64,000 nucleotides of DNA from a virus. The notes under the pieces were generated by a model. The model was not told where the DNA came from. It saw nothing but the letters and a program-made list of their open reading frames with translations, and did no database searches. Numbering within the stretch: position 1 is the first letter of the stretch; the number at the start of each line of letters is the position of its first letter. A program made the translations under genes and the position numbers. Shown piece by piece: positions 58,079 through 64,000 of the stretch. Location of the stretch: positions 1-64,000 of the IMG/VR virus record IMGVR_UViG_3300042868_005520, one strand, 5' to 3'.

Positions 58079-59998
58079 ATGAAATCACTTCCCACGCTGT
58101 ACCAATCTTTCATTCACCTTTCACGCTATTCTCGTTGGCTTGACACCGAAGGACGGCGTGAGTCATGGGAGGAAACAGTTGACCGCTATTTCCGCTTCTT
58201 TGATGAACACTTTGCGGAAAAGGGTGTAAAACTAAATAAGACTATACGCGATGAGTTGCGTGATGCAGTTTTAAATTTAGAAGTAATGCCTTCTATGCGT
58301 TCACTAATGACCGCAGGAGAAGCACTGAAGCGTGACAACACGGCAGGATACAACTGCTCGTATGTTGCCGTAAACAAGGTTCGTGCCTTTGATGAGATTC
58401 TGTATGTTCTCATGTGTGGCACAGGAGTTGGCTTTAGTGTAGAAAGGCAGTATGTTGAAAAACTTCCTACAATTGCTGAAGAGTTTACACAAAGCGATAC
58501 GCTCATTGTGGTCAAAGACTCCAAAGAAGGTTGGGCAAAAGCCTACCGCGAGTTGGTGTCCCTACTTATTGGAGGTCAAATCCCCCGATGGGACACCTCT
58601 AAAATTCGTCCTCTTGGTGCGCGTCTCAAAACTTTCGGTGGACGCGCAAGTGGACCGCAACCACTGGAAGACCTCTTCCGATTTACCGTCAGTACTTTTA
58701 AGAAGAGTGCTGGCAGAAAACTCACATCTATCGAATGCCACGACATTATCTGTAAGATTGCGGAAATTGTCGTGGTCGGCGGAGTGCGTAGATCTGCTCT
58801 TATCTCTCTCTCGAACCTCACCGATGAGCGAATGCGTGATGCTAAAGTGGGGCAGTGGTGGTTGGAAAACCCACAGCGAGCGTTAGCAAACAATTCGGTT
58901 TCATACAAAGAGAAGCCAGAGATTGGCGTGTTCATGGAAGAGTGGCTGTCACTCTACAAGTCCAAGAGCGGAGAACGGGGCATCTTTAATCGTCAGGCTG
59001 CACAGAAAACTGTGGAGAAACTTGGTGATCGCCGTGATGCCACTTACGAGTTTGGTACGAACCCCTGCTCCGAGATTATTCTGCGTGACAAGGAGTTCTG
59101 CAATCTGAGCGAAGTCATTGTTCGTGCAGACGATACCCCCGAAACTCTAAAGCGCAAGATTCGTCTTGCCACCATTCTTGGCACATGGCAAGCCTCGCTC
59201 ACGAATTTCCCGTACCTGTCAAGTGAGTGGAAGAAGAACTGCGAAGAAGAGTGCTTGCTTGGTGTTTCACTCACAGGCATTCTTGACAACAAACTCATGC
59301 GTGATCAGGGTGCTGAATTGGAAAGACTGCTTGCTGGTCTTCGTGCCACTGCTGTTGAAACGAACAAGGAGTGGGCAAAGAAGATTGGTATTAATCCTGC
59401 TGCTGCGATTACTTGCGTGAAGCCTAGTGGAACGGTGTCTCAGTTAACTGATTCCGCAAGCGGTATTCACGCTCGTCACAACGAGTACTACATTCGTACT
59501 GTTCGTGCAGATCGCAAGGATCCCATGTGTCAGTTTATGATTGACAAGGGATTCCCTGCTGAACCGTGTGCCATGCGCCCTGATCACACAATGGTGTTCT
59601 CGTTTCCGCAGAAGGCAGTGGGATCTGTCACGCGCACAGACTTGACTGCTATTGCTCATCTAGAGTTGTGGCTCACCTATCAGCGGCACTTCTGTGAACA
59701 CAAGCCGTCCATCACCGTGACTGTCAAGGAGTACGAGTGGATGGCGGTGGGTGCGTGGGTGTACGATCACTTTGATGAAGTGTCAGGTGTGAGTTTCTTG
59801 CCCCACTCCGATCACTCCTATGTTCAGGCTCCGTATCAGGACTGTACAAAAGAAGAGTACGAAGCAGCAGCAGCAAAACTGCCCCTGTCTATTGACTGGA
59901 GCGAGTTGACGAAGTACGAGAAGGAAGACACTACCAAGGGCACACAAACCTTTGCGTGTAGTGCTGGCTCGTGTGAAGTAGTAGATTTGACTAATTAA
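58079..59998 (+). CDS. nrdJ: Class II (adenosylcobalamin-dependent) ribonucleotide reductase
   Basis: MPSMR.L..AG, YNCS, GGVRRSA, TNPCSEI, CNLSE, TCVKPSGTVSQL, EHKPS.T, C-terminal CSAGSC; no beta subunit adjacent. Confidence 0.93.
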   Translation: MKSLPTLYQSFIHLSRYSRWLDTEGRRESWEETVDRYFRFFDEHFAEKGVKLNKTIRDELRDAVLNLEVMPSMRSLMTAGEALKRDNTAGYNCSYVAVNKVRAFDEILYVLMCGTGVGFSVERQYVEKLPTIAEEFTQSDTLIVVKDSKEGWAKAYRELVSLLIGGQIPRWDTSKIRPLGARLKTFGGRASGPQPLEDLFRFTVSTFKKSAGRKLTSIECHDIICKIAEIVVVGGVRRSALISLSNLTDERMRDAKVGQWWLENPQRALANNSVSYKEKPEIGVFMEEWLSLYKSKSGERGIFNRQAAQKTVEKLGDRRDATYEFGTNPCSEIILRDKEFCNLSEVIVRADDTPETLKRKIRLATILGTWQASLTNFPYLSSEWKKNCEEECLLGVSLTGILDNKLMRDQGAELERLLAGLRATAVETNKEWAKKIGINPAAAITCVKPSGTVSQLTDSASGIHARHNEYYIRTVRADRKDPMCQFMIDKGFPAEPCAMRPDHTMVFSFPQKAVGSVTRTDLTAIAHLELWLTYQRHFCEHKPSITVTVKEYEWMAVGAWVYDHFDEVSGVSFLPHSDHSYVQAPYQDCTKEEYEAAAAKLPLSIDWSELTKYEKEDTTKGTQTFACSAGSCEVVDLTN

Positions 59999-60042
59999 AA
60001 AATCTAGACATTTTTACTCGACAGCCTCTTCTAAATAATAGT

Positions 60043-60807
60043 ATGAAGAGGCGCGTAGTCCAATCTCTTCTGATGGCTCTAGCACTCGTCTTGCTGCAAG
60101 CCTGTGTTCAAGATATAACTGCCGCTGCGCCGAAGAGCGTGGAGCCGCCGAAGAGCGGGGCAGTCGATCCAATGGCAGAAGCCCCTGTGGAGACTCAGTT
60201 CTTCATGAGGGGTTTCTCGCCGTTGGCGGCAGACGAGGAAGCCGCTGTGGGGCATCTAGAGGGCGAGAACGGGGAGGTAATAGGTAGTGCCGTTCTCATT
60301 GCTCCCGATGAAATCCTTACAGCAGGACACTGCCTAGACGATACGGGGGCAGCGTGGTTCTCCACTGGCAACCACTGCTACAGAATAATTAAACACACCA
60401 CCCATCCGTTTTATAAAATTGGTGACACCATGCTGTACGATGTGGCAGTGGCGTGGCTAGAGGAACCGTGCGGTGTTCAACCCCTTCGGGTGGTGACAGC
60501 ACCCCATTATTTCACTCGTACCGAACCACTCACCGTTATAGGATTTGGTGGGGGCATTAAGCGTAGAAGCAATCCCAACACATTCCACTACTTTGGAACG
60601 GTGGTGGAAGACCCCACATACTTTAAGTTTATTCCCTTTGAGGGCACCGTTTGGTTTGGTGACTCAGGTGGTGCAGTCATAGATGCCAACGGAGTACTTG
60701 TAGGGATTGTGTCTTCATTTACTATATTCAACGGTCACTTGTACGAAAATTCCGCAACTCGTTTGGATCTCGTAAGCGATTGGATCGCAGAACAGAAGGG
60801 CAAATGA
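60043..60807 (+). CDS. Trypsin-like (S1) serine protease with lipoprotein signal
   Basis: LTAGHC, DVA, GDSGG triad motifs; MKRR + hydrophobic + LQAC lipobox. Confidence 0.88.
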   Translation: MKRRVVQSLLMALALVLLQACVQDITAAAPKSVEPPKSGAVDPMAEAPVETQFFMRGFSPLAADEEAAVGHLEGENGEVIGSAVLIAPDEILTAGHCLDDTGAAWFSTGNHCYRIIKHTTHPFYKIGDTMLYDVAVAWLEEPCGVQPLRVVTAPHYFTRTEPLTVIGFGGGIKRRSNPNTFHYFGTVVEDPTYFKFIPFEGTVWFGDSGGAVIDANGVLVGIVSSFTIFNGHLYENSATRLDLVSDWIAEQKGK

Positions 60808-60890
60808 AACTCACCCAAATTCAGCGTGTGCTTCTTGGTGCTTGCAGTTTTTTAGTTGGTGTTTTACTGGCTCGCGCAGTAGGTTTCTAG
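60804..60890 (+). CDS. 28-aa single-TM peptide
   Basis: ATGA overlap with the protease stop; MKLTQIQRVLLGACSFLVGVLLARAVGF. Confidence 0.45.
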   Translation: MKLTQIQRVLLGACSFLVGVLLARAVGF

Positions 60891-60911
60891 TATTGCACCA
60901 TAAATACTTAC

Positions 60912-61490
60912 ATGATACTAGCGGGAATAGATTACTCATTGTGTGGACCAGCCGTGTGCCTGTTCAAGTCGAACGCCACGGGGAAATTTTCATACAGTGG
61001 ATGCTCATTTTTTTTCCTTACTGAGAACAAGCGGCAATCGGAAATTCGTTGCATGAATGTGTTTGGTGAGCGGCTGAGTGATTGGAACTCAGACGAACAC
61101 CGCTACGAAAGCATTGCAGATTGGGCTGTGGACATTGTAATGGGCTGCTCCCATGTGGCTCTTGAAGGCTACGCGTACTCCGCTAGTGGCAGGGTGTTTC
61201 AGATTGCCGAGAACACAGGCATCTTAAAATATAAACTGTACCTGTTAAGCATTCCTGTTACGGTGATTCCTCCCACCGAAATAAAGAAGTTCGCCACAGG
61301 CAAGGGCAATGCAGACAAGAACGCCATGTACGCGGCGTTCTCGCATGAAACAGGAGTTAATCTAAAGTCGGTGCTGACACCAAAACGAGCAGACTCAGTG
61401 AGTCCTGTTTCGGATATTGTTGACTCGTACTACATCTGCAAGCGAATGTTTGAATCGCTTCCCGAAGAATTACGCTGCGAAACCGATTAA
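60912..61490 (+). CDS. RuvC-like Holliday junction resolvase
   Basis: GIDYSL, ALEGYAY, KKFATGKGNADK, DIVDSY motifs. Confidence 0.85.
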   Translation: MILAGIDYSLCGPAVCLFKSNATGKFSYSGCSFFFLTENKRQSEIRCMNVFGERLSDWNSDEHRYESIADWAVDIVMGCSHVALEGYAYSASGRVFQIAENTGILKYKLYLLSIPVTVIPPTEIKKFATGKGNADKNAMYAAFSHETGVNLKSVLTPKRADSVSPVSDIVDSYYICKRMFESLPEELRCETD

Positions 61491-61789
61491 GGAGTCGGCA
61501 GGTCTACGGTGTTGGGAGTTGATACGGGAGCAGCCTTTGGAGTTTTGGGGGCAGCGTTGTCTCGCTTGCGACCAAAGAATTCCTTCCACGCCCACGCCAC
61601 AACCAAGAACACAATGGGAAGATACCACAGTATCCATCCCCAATTGCCGACAATCTTGTCGCCGCTCAGGATGTCGTGCTTGAGTTTCAGCATGACAGGA
61701 CTGTCTGATGTGGTATCAGGAATAATAATGGGGGAGGTGTTGCATCCCGCAAGGAAGAGCAAACAAAGAATATAGTTTAGTTTAGACAT
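61487..61789 (-). CDS. Lipoprotein with downstream TM helix (u-spanin-like topology)
   Basis: MSKLNYILCLLFLAGC lipobox; WGWILWYLPIVFLVVAWAW TM; AAGGAG RBS. Confidence 0.6.
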   Translation of the reverse strand: MSKLNYILCLLFLAGCNTSPIIIPDTTSDSPVMLKLKHDILSGDKIVGNWGWILWYLPIVFLVVAWAWKEFFGRKRDNAAPKTPKAAPVSTPNTVDLPTP

Positions 61790-61799
61790 GGCTTCTCCT

Positions 61800-62237
61800 T
61801 TAAGACTTGTTTGAAGCAGCGGCTGAACCAAAGTAGAAGCCTACAATGCTCACCAAGATTTGACGAGTTTCAGACGCAAACAAGAATCCGTTGATCTCAA
61901 CAAAATACTTGCGGGTTGATTGCGGAATAAGTCCAAACAGCCCTTCGGGTGTGGTAGCGTCTACTTCAACGAATGTGGGCAGACCAAAGAACGGCAGAAT
62001 GAACGGAGCCAGCATAGTAGCAAACAGCACTGCAAGAACAATGAGTTGGCGAATGCCCCTACCCACATCCATAGGAACACGCTGTGCTGCCTTGTCTTGG
62101 TTCTCTGTGGTCTGCTTGTTGGCAGCAATAAGCCGCTCAAAGATTTCTTTTTGATCCTGACTCTTCTGAGCCATGTAACGAAACAAGAATCCTGTAGCCG
62201 CTCCTCCAACCAATGAAATCAATTCGGTACTAATCAT
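61800..62237 (-). CDS. Putative holin (3-TM GTA-holin-like)
   Basis: Three hydrophobic segments, C-terminal IVGFYFGS; minus-strand CTAAATA at 62276-62282. Confidence 0.6.
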   Translation of the reverse strand: MISTELISLVGGAATGFLFRYMAQKSQDQKEIFERLIAANKQTTENQDKAAQRVPMDVGRGIRQLIVLAVLFATMLAPFILPFFGLPTFVEVDATTPEGLFGLIPQSTRKYFVEINGFLFASETRQILVSIVGFYFGSAAASNKS

Positions 62238-62274
62238 TTCAATCTGCCTTTCTATAGCACAACTGCACTACTGT

Positions 62275-62457
62275 TTATTTAGGCTTCATCTTCTTCCTAC
62301 GAGCAATATTTGATTTGAGTCTTGGGTTGCCAGGCGGCATATCAGGAGGCAAACCTGCAATGCTGCCGCCTCCTGCGGTATTTGTTGGTGGTGGCGATGC
62401 CATTGGGGGTGGAATTTCTTCGGAAATAAACTTTGAGAATTTTTTGATTGTAGACAT
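62275..62457 (-). CDS. Small Pro-rich/basic hypothetical protein
   Basis: AAGGA RBS; IKKFSKFISEE start, PTN..GGG.IAGL motif. Confidence 0.55.
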   Translation of the reverse strand: MSTIKKFSKFISEEIPPPMASPPPTNTAGGGSIAGLPPDMPPGNPRLKSNIARRKKMKPK

Positions 62458-62465
62458 GGTTTCCT

Positions 62466-64000
62466 TTATACGATGGTGTAAACAGGTGGAACTGCGGACT
62501 TGGTGAGTAGCCATGCTCCTCTTACTCCGTTTGGAGCCACACCATGATAGTCAGTAGCAATATCGTCTATCGTGATGGTGAGTGGAATATCTGAGCGAGC
62601 ACTTTGAGCCAACACGATTCTTTCTCCAATAAGACCAGGACGAACCGTGAGTCTCCATGCGTACAGTCCTGCGTTTGCGCCAGATAGCAATGGAGCACCC
62701 GAAACAATCACTTGATCATTTAGTTGTGGATAGTCTATGATACGCGGAGGACCGCATTTACTATTACCTGATATAATTCTCCAATTGTTCAATGCAGTAT
62801 GAACCAATTTAGCATCGCCGTCCAATTTTCCTCTAGGATCAGGAGAAAGTGCAGCGTAGGTGGAATCACACCATACAGCAAGAGGACCTGCTCCTGCTAG
62901 TATAAGATGATAATTCAGTTCCCACCAATATCTACGATCATCGGCAAATCCACCATCTGTCCAATACGGAGTGGTTATCCACGGAGTAAATCTCTTCCAC
63001 AAATCAGGAGACGCTCGTTGTGCACTTCGTATAGTTCTCATTTCGATCATGAATCCCAAGAAGCCCATGTTGTTTCGGGCTTCTTCCACCTCAATGGCGG
63101 CTCCTTCTACTCCTGAAACACCAATAGGTCCGTGTAGACGAATATACACCTTTCCACCAACACCAAGATTTCCTGCCGTTACATACGATGCAATCGTAAT
63201 TCCTCTTCCACCTACCCATAGAATATCGGTAGGAGAATATCTAAAGCCCTTCCATGCAGTAATTCCTGTATCTGTAGCAGAGAAAGCGGCTGCGGCAGAG
63301 CGTCCCTCACCAAGTGAGAGTGTTACTCCGTAATCGTACTTTGATACTCCTGCCAATCCTGTTTTGTGATAGAATCGCACAGTATCATTAACGGGAGTGT
63401 AGTCGTAGCCTGTTCGGTTACCATCATACGAATTTCCATTGAAGAAATATTTTTGTAAAAAGTTTGTTGGGTTGGGGTAATACGCTGCCAACTTTCCAGG
63501 ATTAGCCCCTGCACTGTCTGCTTTAGAACCAACATACGCGTAGAAGTTTGGGCAAATAAGATCTTTAGGACCAGGAGGAGGACTGTAAGTTGGATCGGAG
63601 TTTCCACTTGAATTAAACAGAATGTCTCCTATAGTACTGTGCTGTCTATAGTAATTTCCTGCACTCAGTCCCATATCGCGTAGGGTGTTGTACACTAGAT
63701 TTCTGTAGTGTCCACTCTCAGTTAGTTCTCGCATTGTGCCATCCCATGCCATTTGAACATAAATTTGAGAGATATTTTCAGGATTTAGTTGTCCTAAATC
63801 TCCACCAAGGTATGAAGTAGGCAAGTAATTGGTTGCAGAAGCAGAAAGCCGTGAGTCTTTGTATTTTCCGCCTCCACCGAAACAAGCACCAGCAACATAC
63901 GCAATTTCTATTGCTTCAGAAACAGATCCCACGGTTGATCCTACACCTTTATATTTTCCAAAAGTTGATAAGAGTCCGTTGTATATCTCCATGAAACGAG
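62466..64000 (-). CDS. Large hypothetical protein, C-terminal part (probably truncated at window edge)
   Basis: 508-aa ORF open to the window end; Gly/Tyr/Trp-rich. Confidence 0.7.
   Translation of the reverse strand, partial: RFMEIYNGLLSTFGKYKGVGSTVGSVSEAIEIAYVAGACFGGGGKYKDSRLSASATNYLPTSYLGGDLGQLNPENISQIYVQMAWDGTMRELTESGHYRNLVYNTLRDMGLSAGNYYRQHSTIGDILFNSSGNSDPTYSPPPGPKDLICPNFYAYVGSKADSAGANPGKLAAYYPNPTNFLQKYFFNGNSYDGNRTGYDYTPVNDTVRFYHKTGLAGVSKYDYGVTLSLGEGRSAAAAFSATDTGITAWKGFRYSPTDILWVGGRGITIASYVTAGNLGVGGKVYIRLHGPIGVSGVEGAAIEVEEARNNMGFLGFMIEMRTIRSAQRASPDLWKRFTPWITTPYWTDGGFADDRRYWWELNYHLILAGAGPLAVWCDSTYAALSPDPRGKLDGDAKLVHTALNNWRIISGNSKCGPPRIIDYPQLNDQVIVSGAPLLSGANAGLYAWRLTVRPGLIGERIVLAQSARSDIPLTITIDDIATDYHGVAPNGVRGAWLLTKSAVPPVYTIV

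Noticed and set aside
39275-59998. Inteins or introns in gp43, gp41 or nrdJ
   Set aside because: Lengths are normal, motifs are contiguous, and no splice-junction or LAGLIDADG signatures were seen
60912-61490. Cas or TnpB-type RuvC effector
   Set aside because: A 192-aa standalone resolvase-type protein with no zinc finger, array or transposon ends
1-64000. tRNA/rRNA genes or stop-codon reassignment
   Set aside because: Intergenic gaps are short with no cloverleaf seen; core genes are full length under the standard code and TAA, TGA and TAG all act as stops

Overview
A densely coded 64 kb segment of a large T4-like myovirus genome (cyanophage/pelagiphage-like gene order). It runs: head/tail core gp17(partial)-gp18-19-20-(67/68)-21-22-23-gp3; recombination and replication genes uvsY, dCMP deaminase, uvsW, gp55, gp47/46, RNase H, gp45/44/62, regA; a ~13 kb glycan-biosynthesis island (21.1-34.1 kb); nucleotide-metabolism and repair genes (dUTPase, Nmad1-like, UvdE, i-type lysozyme, SpeD-like, HNH, DNA MTase, GroES); gp43, uvsX, gp41, gp61, thyX; an 11.5 kb array of modular fibre/adhesin genes; class II RNR, a lipoprotein trypsin-like protease, a RuvC-like resolvase, and a minus-strand holin/lipoprotein pair. 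A Phycisphaerales-style dockerin motif in one fibre hints at a Planctomycetota host. The best candidate for an undescribed system is the glycan island. It contains a RuBisCO-like protein (form IV; carboxylase residues lost) overlapping a cupin and a BcbE-like nucleotidyltransferase, and it ends in a late-promoter GT2-TPR enzyme, while virion proteins are rich in G-[AVIL]-[TS] motifs. Together these suggest virion O-glycosylation with an unusual sugar (inference). A second candidate is head-to-tail docking among fibre proteins (N-terminal KR..GE domain, C-terminal DGGxF peptide) with duplicated coiled-coil chaperones. All family calls come from motif recognition by eye; no database searches were run.
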